64,000 nt of DNA from a virus (lineage: Duplodnaviria > Caudoviricetes), in IMG/VR virus record IMGVR_UViG_3300030376_007323, positions 1 to 64,000 of that record; one strand, given 5' to 3'. Within the stretch, counting starts at the first letter, position 1; the number at the start of each line of letters is the position of its first letter. Both the position numbers and the translations under genes were made by a program. The notes under the pieces were generated by a model, which was not told where the DNA came from, ran no database searches, and was given only the letters and a program-made list of their open reading frames with translations. Positions 37,911-48,643 of this stretch are shown here, piece after piece.

Positions 37911-38690
37911 TTATATACACCCTATACAATCTCCATTACATGGTGAATCTTTACCTAAATGTTCACAAAGTAAACAAAAAACTTCTTTATCATTACAAAA
38001 ATTCATTATATCCTTTCCTGCATGTTTCATACAATTAATGAATATATTAAAATCTTCCATGTCAACCAAACCATCACCATTAAAATCCCCTACCAACTCC
38101 TGTGTACCATCTTGTTTATTACCCATTAAATTTAAAAATATTTTTAAATCATCCACATCAATCTCTTCATTCTTGTTAAAATCTGCACACACCCAACAAA
38201 ATGATGGGAAAAAAGGGACTACAGAATAACTAAGTTTCCAACAAGTATTAAATATTCCACTATCAGGATTTTCTATATCAGTTGATTCGTTTGGTGCATT
38301 GTATTTTAACCAAATATTAGAAGGTTGTGGTGCTATTCCTAGGTTAGTGGTTAATAACTTAGATAGTCCTGTTTGGACTTCATATCTTGGTCCCACCATT
38401 ACACTAGCGTAAGTCACTATACCACCTGACATGGTTGTTAGTTCCCCTCCTCTTGCGTCTGGTAAGTCATAAAAACATGAACTACTTAAGGCACTTAACC
38501 CACTCTCACTCTGACATGTACCCCCAGTAGTAAATCTTCTATAATCTATATCTTTATCACTTAAACCAAATTTTTCAATAGAATTATATAAACTACCTGT
38601 AGAAGCTAAAGTAAATTTACCATAGTCTGATAGGTATAATCTAAATGTATTGCCGGACAGTGCATTATTATGTATATTTAAGTATGCCAT
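37911..38690 (-). CDS. Virion protein with C-terminal dockerin/EF-hand-like repeats
   Basis: FGLSDKDIDY; DFNKNEEIDVDDL and GDFNGDGLVDMEDF. Confidence 0.72.
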   Translation of the reverse strand: MAYLNIHNNALSGNTFRLYLSDYGKFTLASTGSLYNSIEKFGLSDKDIDYRRFTTGGTCQSESGLSALSSSCFYDLPDARGGELTTMSGGIVTYASVMVGPRYEVQTGLSKLLTTNLGIAPQPSNIWLKYNAPNESTDIENPDSGIFNTCWKLSYSVVPFFPSFCWVCADFNKNEEIDVDDLKIFLNLMGNKQDGTQELVGDFNGDGLVDMEDFNIFINCMKHAGKDIMNFCNDKEVFCLLCEHLGKDSPCNGDCIGCI

Positions 38691-41116
38691 TAAAAATCAA
38701 TAGATATTGTAAATTGCTGTGTACCCGTTCTATCTACTGGTGACTGCAATTTAGCAATAGCCATTAAATCTGGGAACCCATTTTCGTTATCATATAGACC
38801 AATTTCCGTAATTTTTGGTGTTACTGATGGATTAGATGGTACAGCCGTATAATCTAACCACGTTGGGTTGGTTGGTGTTAGGTATTGTGTGGACCCAAGT
38901 TGTACTACGTGTCTCATTTCATATATTGTCGCCATGATATCGGTTTCTACCGTACCATAAAAAAAGTATTCGTCCCCAAAATTTAATTTGGTTTCGTCTG
39001 TTTGTGGTATTGTTATAAAGTCGTTTAAATTGTAGGCGGTCATAGCCGAAACAGTATTATAGATACACCCACTATCTGTGTCATTACCAGTTAAATAAAA
39101 AGTATGATTAATTAAATTGGTTGCTAATATTTTATTACCTACTGTGTGATTAGGTATTTCCGATGTAACATCTTTATACTTCCAAGCAGAAGGAGAAGGT
39201 TCTGACCCACTTGCAACTACTTGTGTTAATATGTAAAGTCTGTCAGCTTCAAAACCAGTACCACTAAATGCATTTGGTAGTCCTGAGGCGTTCCCTAAAT
39301 CTCTTAAATATGGGAACTCGGAACCAAATGTTATCCCAACATCAAATAGGTTTTCACCCACCTCTAAAGTTTCGTAGACATAATAATTACAGTGAATACC
39401 TGTTGAGGTCCCTGCACTATTGTAGAACATGTATGTTAGATATATGGAATCCGTTGCTGCTTGTACCACCCCTGTTGTACATCCAGTAGCACATGTAGTA
39501 CCTGCTGGTATTTTTTCTGTCTTTGGTGCTGGTAAAGTAAAACTTCTATTAGATTTATAAGACATTGCTGTTAGTAACTCTTCGTCATCTATAACCATCA
39601 TCTTATAATCTGGAAATACTTTACCCACTCTATTAGGTGTGTCTCCACTACCTGAGTTATCATCCCATATATGATAATACCTTAAACCATCATCATTCAT
39701 ATTACTATTAGGTGTAGATAACATTATATGTGGATTACCGTCTGCTGGAAACGCTCCTGGGTATCCTGGTGGGTCTACATAAAATGTTTGACCTAAAATT
39801 GTCTCGTTACCGGCTCCACTACCTGTACCAGAACCTATAGCATTTTTCTTGTGCCACATTAACCAAGGTAGGTGTAATTTAAAATTTCTTGCCTCACCAA
39901 TACACCTCTGTGCCCCACAAAAAGCTTGTTGTTTTAAAGCAAATTTTTCACCATAAAAATCAGTTGTAGTGTTGTTGGTGTAGTGAATCATTCCAGCACA
40001 TTTTTGTTCTGATGGTAAAACAATACGTAAGTTGTCCCAAGAATCGTAATAAAAAGTACCACCTATAACATTAGGGTGGTAACTATCAATATACTGGTCA
40101 CTAAATGATTGTCCATTATTACTATTTAACCCAAAATACTCTTTAGAACCACAATAACCACTAGAACCATAATAGGTATCCCCTAAATATACTGTGGTAT
40201 CTACCCCAGCTACTGTATGGGTCCAATTTATATTCATATTCCATATCTTAGTGTCAGTAGTGTTTAAACTCGCACAATTATTAAAAGATAAGGTATCATT
40301 ACACCAATACGTACTAGTTGCCGCGGTACTATAAATACTAGAAGTAGTCATTGGATTTGCGGATAAAGGTGGGTAGACTCTAACATGTGCACATACCCCA
40401 GTAATACCCGAATATTGTGCAGCAGTATAGTTGGGTAAATTTCTATCTACCGTAATATTTAATTCTATGGCGGTTTGTGCTGAATTAGTATTCCCTGCTT
40501 GAACTTGGTAAAATAGAGTTTGAGATGCTGCCGTGTAGTTTAATTGAGCACAATCATTACCAAAAAATTCATATGTAACAGAGATTAAATCTCCGTTTAC
40601 TGGTGTGTAACTTTGTGTGCCACAATTTGCACTTGTTATCTGCATACTACTGGTTCCTGTCATTGCTGACACACAGAATAACCAATTAGAAGATAGTGTA
40701 TAATTTGAATTTGTTTGAGCTGTAAAATAAGTATATACCCCAGGAGTAGTTGTACTAGGTACTTGAAAAAACCCTCTAGGTGTAGCAGTATTAAACACTT
40801 CTTCATGTACATGTTGTGGTATTGTTGGTCCAAATGTATCACCACTAGTTATACCTCCACTAATCGGGTATTTTACATGTCCTTTATTTTTTTCAGGTAG
40901 GGGTAGTATATTTTGTGCGTTGTGTTCTGCTTGTAAAATATTTAATCCCGCATATTCCGATGGTAAAGTTGTGTTATAACAATTGTAACACATTTCACTA
41001 TCCCCCAACTGGAATAATCCTATATTTAATTTACCTTCTGATAATTTTTTTCTACCGGCGTCTGTTAACCGTGCAACAATCGCTCCTTGTGTGTTGTTTT
41101 TAATTATATAACTCAT
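38690..41116 (-). CDS. Virion structural protein (baseplate/tail-fibre attachment type)
   Basis: N-terminal LTDAGRKKL..FQLGDSE; C-terminal ITEIGLYD..LMAIAKLQSP. Confidence 0.72.
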   Translation of the reverse strand: MSYIIKNNTQGAIVARLTDAGRKKLSEGKLNIGLFQLGDSEMCYNCYNTTLPSEYAGLNILQAEHNAQNILPLPEKNKGHVKYPISGGITSGDTFGPTIPQHVHEEVFNTATPRGFFQVPSTTTPGVYTYFTAQTNSNYTLSSNWLFCVSAMTGTSSMQITSANCGTQSYTPVNGDLISVTYEFFGNDCAQLNYTAASQTLFYQVQAGNTNSAQTAIELNITVDRNLPNYTAAQYSGITGVCAHVRVYPPLSANPMTTSSIYSTAATSTYWCNDTLSFNNCASLNTTDTKIWNMNINWTHTVAGVDTTVYLGDTYYGSSGYCGSKEYFGLNSNNGQSFSDQYIDSYHPNVIGGTFYYDSWDNLRIVLPSEQKCAGMIHYTNNTTTDFYGEKFALKQQAFCGAQRCIGEARNFKLHLPWLMWHKKNAIGSGTGSGAGNETILGQTFYVDPPGYPGAFPADGNPHIMLSTPNSNMNDDGLRYYHIWDDNSGSGDTPNRVGKVFPDYKMMVIDDEELLTAMSYKSNRSFTLPAPKTEKIPAGTTCATGCTTGVVQAATDSIYLTYMFYNSAGTSTGIHCNYYVYETLEVGENLFDVGITFGSEFPYLRDLGNASGLPNAFSGTGFEADRLYILTQVVASGSEPSPSAWKYKDVTSEIPNHTVGNKILATNLINHTFYLTGNDTDSGCIYNTVSAMTAYNLNDFITIPQTDETKLNFGDEYFFYGTVETDIMATIYEMRHVVQLGSTQYLTPTNPTWLDYTAVPSNPSVTPKITEIGLYDNENGFPDLMAIAKLQSPVDRTGTQQFTISIDF

Positions 41117-41186
41117 AGTTTTTTTCCTTTAATCATAAATACATTTTATTTTGTTTTATACCCCCTTGTAATTCAAAGTCATCATA

Positions 41187-44100
41187 TTAATATAAATTAT
41201 TAAATGTCTGTGTACCCCCTTGTCTAAACGAGTTGTCTGTATAAAAAACACTTCTACTTATTTCAAATGGTACCCTTTCACTCTGAGACTCCGTATATAT
41301 GGTGTCTCTATTAATTAATGGGTACGCTCTTTTTACCAAAACCTCATAACTATATTTACCTGGTTGAGGTGGATTTAATTGGCATGTTTTCTTTATTGGG
41401 CCTCTTTCCTCCACACCTATATTGTAGGTTTCTTGTTGGGTTAGGTCACCATTTTCATCATACATTTTTACTATAATAGTCTCTTCTAAATTATTATCTT
41501 TAGTATAGTTTATTGGAATTTCTGGTGTTTTAGTTAATGTGCTTGAAATAGTTTGGTAAATGGTTCTATAGAATAGTGCTAGAGTATCTCCACTTACATA
41601 ATCACTAGTATTTCTTAATAACTGCACTCTTCTAGAACTAACTTGTTGGTAGTCTTTGTTTAGTGTCTGTGTAACGCCGTTTAGTGCGATAGAGATACCA
41701 CCAGAGGATTGTTTATTTAGGTTGATATAGTAATATCCATTTTCTTCATATATTGTTTCTGTACTAGATGTTGGTATACTTGCTGGGATAGTGACTGTTT
41801 GTATGTAGGAGTCTGCCACAGCATCATAAACTAACTGTACAACATCTAAATTTCTCACTGTTTCTTTAAAAAACATAACACTTCTGGTCGAAGCATTAAA
41901 AGTGTAATCACCTGTTTGGGGTGCACCACTTGTAGCACCACTAAACCCATCTGTTAATAATAAACCATTTACATAAACTAATGGTCCACTATTAGATATT
42001 TTATTACTTAGAGTCATTACATACGTATAAGAAGAATAAGCTGCCGTAGTTACTTCTGGTAAACCTTGTAATTGTCTTTGTTCTGTGTACAGTAAAGACA
42101 TTTCTGTTGGTACCTTAAAGTCACCAAAATGTAGTTTTGGTGTTGGGGGGTTATTTACCAATACTAGGTAAAAATCTTGTTTTATGTCTACATTGGGTGA
42201 TGGTGGGTAAACAGCTGTATCTATCCAATATTCACTTAATGATTTTTTATCTTTAAATATATAACTAGGTTTTATTATAAATTGCCATGCACTAGAGGTA
42301 AAACTAGACAGGGGTAAAGTAGTACTTGCACTTACTATCGTACTTTGTAAATCTTCATGAAAATAACTAGGTAGTGAATCAAATATAACTTCATATTCGG
42401 GTATGGTCGCTACTTCATTAGTCTCGAATAAATAAGGATATACCCTAAATTTAGGGTATGCGTTACCAAAAAGTATTTCATCATTTTCCCCACCAAAATA
42501 TAGTTGGATGTCACAACTACCAGACTGACTAGAGTTATAGACGTTTAACTCTGGAATCCCACCTACAGTATCGGTAGATGTAACATATGGCCTGTTTATC
42601 CCATTAATTGTTAGGGTTGGGTTTGGCATCGTTTGCATTGTCACCTTAACGGATGGTTTAATTGTAGGCACTCCAGGTTCGGTACTAGTAACTGGAAGTG
42701 TGGGTTGAGTTTGTGTGATATTAAGAGTACTAGCAGTTGTCGCGGTAATAGTAACGGAGTTGCTTGGTCCTTGGGAACTCCCACAAGATGGTACCTCCAC
42801 ATAACTTTCAAACGGTGTCCCTGTGAATTGCATATGGTAAAAATTAACAGATTCTTGGGAGGAGTAAGAAAATCCAATCCTAGTAGACCCTAGATATTTA
42901 CATAAAGCATCTTCACTTAACCATTCTGGTGAACTAATAGTATTTCCAGTCCATGTTGATTTATCCAATAAATTTAAATTAATTGTATAGTCTGAATTAT
43001 ATGGATTTGCCGCTCCTGCTGCTTTTGTAGCGGATGCTGCAACACCCATTGTATCTGTAAACTCTATTTTAAATTGTTCACCATACACACCTCTTCTAGT
43101 TATTCTAGTTCTTAGTGAACCTTCTGCGTTCCAGTTAATGGACCCTGTTATAGGGACTTTTGAACCCGTATTTGCTAGTATAGTATTGACATAATATGGA
43201 TTAGTAGCACAGTTACCACTTACACGACAATCCCTAAATCTATTTCCACTATAATAACTGTTAGCGTAGGCACTATTGGCTATATTGTCTATTAGACTAA
43301 ATCTTCCACTTCCTGCCTTCATATTTAAGTGAAGACTATGAGTCACACCTGTTGGTCCATGCACCCCATCTTCATCTCTAAAAGACGCTAAAAGTATACT
43401 AATGGTATCATCATCACTATCAGTAGAGTTAAATGCTGTAGACCATGTATAATTTAAGTAAGAACATCTACTTACCTTTCCATTATATAAACCAAAATTT
43501 CCAGTTGTTGAACTCTTAAATTTTCTGAGAGCACCTGGAGCGGTATTAACCACAGCACTAGCCAAGGCTACATTACCAGCAGAATTTACAGTATAGTCAT
43601 TTGCATCCACGTCAACATTAGAAATACCGTTGGTTGTACCGGTTAGTGACCTCATAGAGACAGGATTACCATTTATACCATAATTAACCCTAGGGTCAAC
43701 CGTTACCCAACCGTAACTTCCCGGAACACCGAACCACCAAACTAAAAATTTATTTATAAACGTATTATAATAAAAATACCCTACATCCCCAGCACTCGCT
43801 GTAGGTCCGGAAGGTCCTATATTATCTCCTTCACTAATCGTATATGCACTTGCACCCATATACCAGTTTTTAGTGTTATCACTCCTTCTACTCTCTGAAG
43901 TACCAGTATATAACCACACATATGGGTTATTAGCGTAAACATAACCATTAGTACCCAAACCTAAATCAATATTCCAAGATTCTGAAGAATGGGTATTTGG
44001 TCCATAAGTAGGTGGGAAATTCATAACTCTGGGAGCTCGTGGTGCCCAAGAATTCCAAGTATTAAATAAAGTGGTTATATTCCACCCACTATAAGCTCCC

Positions 44101-44690
44101 CCATCATTATACATATCATATCTACAACCAGTTAAATTTGGTTTTTCCGTTATGTTTAAAGGTCTTTCTTCAATAACACTAACACTATACATACCATTTT
44201 CTACATCTGTAAAAGTATGTGTCGTGTCTGCTGTCGAACCGTAATGAATATCCACCACCCTACTATCTTTTACTAATTCGTATCTATATGTAGGTGTGGT
44301 TGTCGTTGCGGTTGAGACAGTTATTGTGCATTTTTTATTTGGGTCAAGAATACAACCGTCTTCCCCTAAACTCGCACTTAGACTTGGTTTGGTTTGACCT
44401 GTTAATAAAATATTAGTTGTACCCGTACCACCTGTTGTATCTGTAATTACCGCTTGGTATTCACCAGCACATAAATTATAGAGATTGAAGGAGGTGGCGG
44501 AATAACTACTTATTCCCGACCACACCACACTATAAGGGGACGTAGTACTATTTCCAGAAATTTCTAAATTATATATTGCACCCCCACATTGACCACTTAA
44601 TGTGTCTTCTATAGTCAAACTTATTATATTTATCTTCCCGTCTTGGGAGACTATTCCACTTGTTCCTTCTATCATGTCAGATATTGCCAT
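41187..44690 (-). CDS. Large virion/fibre protein with SprB-like repeat
   Basis: CGGAI...PYSVVWS...LYNLCAGEYQAVITD; beta-rich; VYVNGLLL..GDY repeats. Confidence 0.7.
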   Translation of the reverse strand: MAISDMIEGTSGIVSQDGKINIISLTIEDTLSGQCGGAIYNLEISGNSTTSPYSVVWSGISSYSATSFNLYNLCAGEYQAVITDTTGGTGTTNILLTGQTKPSLSASLGEDGCILDPNKKCTITVSTATTTTPTYRYELVKDSRVVDIHYGSTADTTHTFTDVENGMYSVSVIEERPLNITEKPNLTGCRYDMYNDGGAYSGWNITTLFNTWNSWAPRAPRVMNFPPTYGPNTHSSESWNIDLGLGTNGYVYANNPYVWLYTGTSESRRSDNTKNWYMGASAYTISEGDNIGPSGPTASAGDVGYFYYNTFINKFLVWWFGVPGSYGWVTVDPRVNYGINGNPVSMRSLTGTTNGISNVDVDANDYTVNSAGNVALASAVVNTAPGALRKFKSSTTGNFGLYNGKVSRCSYLNYTWSTAFNSTDSDDDTISILLASFRDEDGVHGPTGVTHSLHLNMKAGSGRFSLIDNIANSAYANSYYSGNRFRDCRVSGNCATNPYYVNTILANTGSKVPITGSINWNAEGSLRTRITRRGVYGEQFKIEFTDTMGVAASATKAAGAANPYNSDYTINLNLLDKSTWTGNTISSPEWLSEDALCKYLGSTRIGFSYSSQESVNFYHMQFTGTPFESYVEVPSCGSSQGPSNSVTITATTASTLNITQTQPTLPVTSTEPGVPTIKPSVKVTMQTMPNPTLTINGINRPYVTSTDTVGGIPELNVYNSSQSGSCDIQLYFGGENDEILFGNAYPKFRVYPYLFETNEVATIPEYEVIFDSLPSYFHEDLQSTIVSASTTLPLSSFTSSAWQFIIKPSYIFKDKKSLSEYWIDTAVYPPSPNVDIKQDFYLVLVNNPPTPKLHFGDFKVPTEMSLLYTEQRQLQGLPEVTTAAYSSYTYVMTLSNKISNSGPLVYVNGLLLTDGFSGATSGAPQTGDYTFNASTRSVMFFKETVRNLDVVQLVYDAVADSYIQTVTIPASIPTSSTETIYEENGYYYINLNKQSSGGISIALNGVTQTLNKDYQQVSSRRVQLLRNTSDYVSGDTLALFYRTIYQTISSTLTKTPEIPINYTKDNNLEETIIVKMYDENGDLTQQETYNIGVEERGPIKKTCQLNPPQPGKYSYEVLVKRAYPLINRDTIYTESQSERVPFEISRSVFYTDNSFRQGGTQTFNNLY

Positions 44691-44698
44691 ATTATTAC

Positions 44699-47600
44699 TT
44701 ATTTACAAGGTTCTTTTAAACTTATACACTTACCTAAAGAATCACACCAGTAATAACCTGCTTTACAGATTCCTTCTTTATCAGCGTCAAAAGCAGACAT
44801 ACTATATATGTCTTTACCTACTGGTGCATCTTTTTCATCCTTAGTCTTAGTAGGCTCCTCTCTTTCCTCTCTTTCATCTATTATGTCTGCTGCACCCCCC
44901 TTCTCTTTTTCTTCACCAGAAGGTGTATCTGGTGGTGGGGGTGGGGTTGCCTGACATTTCGCCACACAACTATCCAAACTAGAGTATATAGGTCCATCAT
45001 GGGCACCACCATCATAGGCGAAACAAACGCCATCAACACAAACATAACTCACACCACCCCTAGTTTCAGTAGGTGGTTCGTAAGTTGGTCTTCCTCTAGG
45101 TCCACCTCTACCTTCACCCTCTAATCCTCTATCCTCTTCATCAAGTACTGGGTCTGGTTTACCTCCAGGTTCACCAACAGGTGGTCTTGTACCACCATCA
45201 CTTTCACTACCCATTACACCTGTCATACCGTTAGTTAAAGTTGTACCAACTGGAGCTTTCTTAACTATAGTACCATCTGCTTCTAGAATAAAGTCATTAC
45301 TATCACAATTACCTACCATTACTGGTTTACACGTATTGTATAAACTTTTACAGTGAATTTCTGCTTCTTTATAACATTCTTCACAATTCAATAGTTCTAA
45401 GTTAGTGTATACGTCACTTACACCGTAAATTGGGTCTATCCCAATATCTTCTGCTATATCTTGTCCACATTTACAATAATATTGACATTTGAAGTCACCC
45501 GCTAACGTTAGAGGTGCTGGATTGTAATGAGAGTGACTAGATATTATTTTAATTTCCTTACCATTTATTCTTATTTTTTTATTTACGTTTACTAATCTCC
45601 AATTTTCTGGGGTATTTTTATGTAAAATATTATAAGCGGTATTGACTTTTGCGGGTGAACATGGTTTATAAAAATTACAGTCGGGTGTTACCACAATATA
45701 GTGTTTAAGTTTATCACCAAACATATTTTTAAATGTGTTTTCTATCACATAGGATTGATTAATTTGTGGAAACGTAAAATCACACTTCCCCCCATAATCC
45801 ATATTATAGGTAGGTAAGTAGAAACAAAACTTACCATCTTCTTTCATAAAGGTCATATTTTGTTTATTACCTTGTGTTAGAGTATAATCTTTAATTTTAT
45901 TAGTTTCTATTAGATATTGCCACGTATTGGTTGGTGTGTTTGTTTTTTTGTCCCAAACCAACATATCGTTAGGTCCTGTACTATCAATAAAACTTAGGGT
46001 GTTGAAGGTGGTTGTATCAACTATAGGTCTCACTATATTTCCACATTCTTTATCACTAAGGTATAGGGCTCCGTCTAAATGTACTTTTCTAGTTTCTCCA
46101 CCATTAACCATATTAAAAGCTTTGGATTTACGGGTAGAATCAAAAAATAATATTTTATTAGTAAAATAATTACCTACTTTCACACCTCTAAACCAAGGTG
46201 CTTCCGTAGTATTTCCAGAAAAATCTAGTTTATGACCTAAATTAATTGTTAGGTTACTAGTACCACCTGTCTCACCAAAATAATTAGATTTAGAAGTTGC
46301 TGTCCAGTTAGTATTATAGTTTAATGTTATTGATTGTCCACTTAATAAGTTTATAAACCCAGTATCCAATGTTATTGGTATTTGTCTGTGGAAAATAGTG
46401 GATGACGATACCCCACTTAACACACATACATTGTCACCACTAAAAGATTTGTCATTCTGACTAACTGGTAAAGTTAGGTAGTCATTAGCTCCACCAAATA
46501 TTTTACTCCTTAATATATTAAATTTCTTTAATGTTGTACTAGCTGTACTTCCAGAATTATATTTATCTAAACTTACTGTAAAGTTAAAATTAAGTAACCC
46601 ACTATTTAGGGGTATATTTGTTACAATTTCTTCATTATCTCTCTTAAATTTGTAACCTGGATGAAATTTAAAATTAGTATCTTGTATAACAGTTCTAGTT
46701 TCATCTTCACCAGCTTGTATAATAGAAGTATTAATTAGTCTTTTTATTTCATAATCACTACTAGGGTAAGTACCTGTCATCCCTGATGGATACGCTCTTG
46801 TTATATAATCACACCATTTTGTATCCGTATATTTTACATCCAAATACGCTTTATAGGTAAACCTATAGATACCATTAGTGTTAGCTGTGTATGTAAAATA
46901 ATCTCCAGTCACTGCATTATTTAATATAACACTTCCTCCGTTTGAGTTGTATACCTCATTAAAGGAGTAAGGTCTGTAATTATGTGTTAAGTCATCTATA
47001 AGTGGTAATGGTTTTTGTGGTGTTATATTAGATATGGGAATACTGGTTCCTGCTGAAAAGGTATCTCCAGTCATAAATAAATCATAAGTGTCATTAACCT
47101 TATATCTATTGGTTGTTGTCGTACTAAACCCCGAATATATAGCATCGGTTTTATTAGTGTAGGTTGTAAATAAAAAATCTGTTTTACTATTTGCACTAAT
47201 CGGTGAGTAGTTAAAAAACTCTGTTAAGGTAGCATGTGGTTCATTACTGTGTTTTTTTCCCACCATTGGTATTCCGTCATGACGATGATAGTAACCAACA
47301 TAGTCACTACCGTCTAATAAAAATTCACCACCCTTGGTGTGTAGATTATTCTGACTTCCTTTATCTCCATTAACCCATGTTTTCTTTCTTGGGCAACAAA
47401 GTATAGTTTTGATTAGTCCATCACTAAAATAAGAAAATGTGACATCAGAAAATTGGTCTAGGAGGGTTCTTTCTACCCATTGTGAAACTTTACTATACGT
47501 TCTCTTAATGTAACTTGTTCTACCATTATCATTTACTGTTGGGTAGGTTTCTATATTACCAATTTGTTGTGATTTTAATTTTTCAGAGAATGCTACTAAT

Positions 47601-48631
47601 TGTTCTTTATTAGCGAATCTTAATGAATAACATCTACTAGAATCGGTTACTCTATCATTATTAAATAATTCTTGTGCCCAATCTAACTGATATATTTCTT
47701 TACCATATTTAAAATATTTTTTACTCTCTTTAATTTCGTTATCAAAAACAACTCTAGAAACATTATAAGGTATCTGAACTACATTATCTGGGGTTAAATT
47801 AAGGTTACTTAAATTAACATCTGGATTAAGTCTATTTTCTACCGCATATACTTTACTCTCCACTAAATTTATAGAATCTGGTTCCGCATTAAACGGAAAT
47901 AATTGTTTTTTGTAATCATGAATAACCTCTCGAGAAGCTAAATCTTTATTTTTTAAATTAATATATGTTGTTTCAAGTCTTATGTTTGGTGTTTGATTTA
48001 TAATTTGTCTTGGTGGAATTATATCCATAATCGCTCCCTTGACGGTAATCGTGTCATTCTTACTAACTTTTAAACCTAGAGAATTTATGTATTGGTTTTC
48101 ACTTTCTATCAAAATATCTAAGTCGAATGATAGGTTTTGTAGGGTTTTTCTATTCAGTCTCACTCCAGGAAGGACCATTTGTAAAGCGTGTAATTTACCA
48201 CCTATCCTTCTACCAAAACTTTTTAACGCTCCACTACCACTACGATTACCATAAGAAGGGTTAGCGTCAAAATAATTAGGGTGAGAAAGAAAAGCTCCCC
48301 ATTTTTTACCTTTAACACTTTCAAACCCATACACCCCTTGTTTATTATTAAAAACCTCTAATACCATATCTGATTTTGCGAGAGTAAGTAACTCACTAGT
48401 ATTGTGGATTTTCATATGGCTACTAGGAAATTTTAGAAATAATCTTTCAGTCCCATTAGTTTCTGTTTTCATTACCGCTTCTATAGGACGTGTAGTATCA
48501 TATGTTAGTGTAAAAGTCTTTTTTTTATTAAACCCAACACCATTTAATGTACCTGACGCATAAAAAATGAAATCTAACTTATCAGCTAGAACTCTTAAAT
48601 CTATTTTATTTTTATATACTTTAATTGCCAT
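44699..48631 (-). CDS. Large virion-associated protein with Pro/acidic and Cys-rich C-terminus
   Basis: 1310-aa ORF in structural block. Confidence 0.65.
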   Translation of the reverse strand: MAIKVYKNKIDLRVLADKLDFIFYASGTLNGVGFNKKKTFTLTYDTTRPIEAVMKTETNGTERLFLKFPSSHMKIHNTSELLTLAKSDMVLEVFNNKQGVYGFESVKGKKWGAFLSHPNYFDANPSYGNRSGSGALKSFGRRIGGKLHALQMVLPGVRLNRKTLQNLSFDLDILIESENQYINSLGLKVSKNDTITVKGAIMDIIPPRQIINQTPNIRLETTYINLKNKDLASREVIHDYKKQLFPFNAEPDSINLVESKVYAVENRLNPDVNLSNLNLTPDNVVQIPYNVSRVVFDNEIKESKKYFKYGKEIYQLDWAQELFNNDRVTDSSRCYSLRFANKEQLVAFSEKLKSQQIGNIETYPTVNDNGRTSYIKRTYSKVSQWVERTLLDQFSDVTFSYFSDGLIKTILCCPRKKTWVNGDKGSQNNLHTKGGEFLLDGSDYVGYYHRHDGIPMVGKKHSNEPHATLTEFFNYSPISANSKTDFLFTTYTNKTDAIYSGFSTTTTNRYKVNDTYDLFMTGDTFSAGTSIPISNITPQKPLPLIDDLTHNYRPYSFNEVYNSNGGSVILNNAVTGDYFTYTANTNGIYRFTYKAYLDVKYTDTKWCDYITRAYPSGMTGTYPSSDYEIKRLINTSIIQAGEDETRTVIQDTNFKFHPGYKFKRDNEEIVTNIPLNSGLLNFNFTVSLDKYNSGSTASTTLKKFNILRSKIFGGANDYLTLPVSQNDKSFSGDNVCVLSGVSSSTIFHRQIPITLDTGFINLLSGQSITLNYNTNWTATSKSNYFGETGGTSNLTINLGHKLDFSGNTTEAPWFRGVKVGNYFTNKILFFDSTRKSKAFNMVNGGETRKVHLDGALYLSDKECGNIVRPIVDTTTFNTLSFIDSTGPNDMLVWDKKTNTPTNTWQYLIETNKIKDYTLTQGNKQNMTFMKEDGKFCFYLPTYNMDYGGKCDFTFPQINQSYVIENTFKNMFGDKLKHYIVVTPDCNFYKPCSPAKVNTAYNILHKNTPENWRLVNVNKKIRINGKEIKIISSHSHYNPAPLTLAGDFKCQYYCKCGQDIAEDIGIDPIYGVSDVYTNLELLNCEECYKEAEIHCKSLYNTCKPVMVGNCDSNDFILEADGTIVKKAPVGTTLTNGMTGVMGSESDGGTRPPVGEPGGKPDPVLDEEDRGLEGEGRGGPRGRPTYEPPTETRGGVSYVCVDGVCFAYDGGAHDGPIYSSLDSCVAKCQATPPPPPDTPSGEEKEKGGAADIIDEREEREEPTKTKDEKDAPVGKDIYSMSAFDADKEGICKAGYYWCDSLGKCISLKEPCK

Positions 48632-48643
48632 AATACATTTTAA

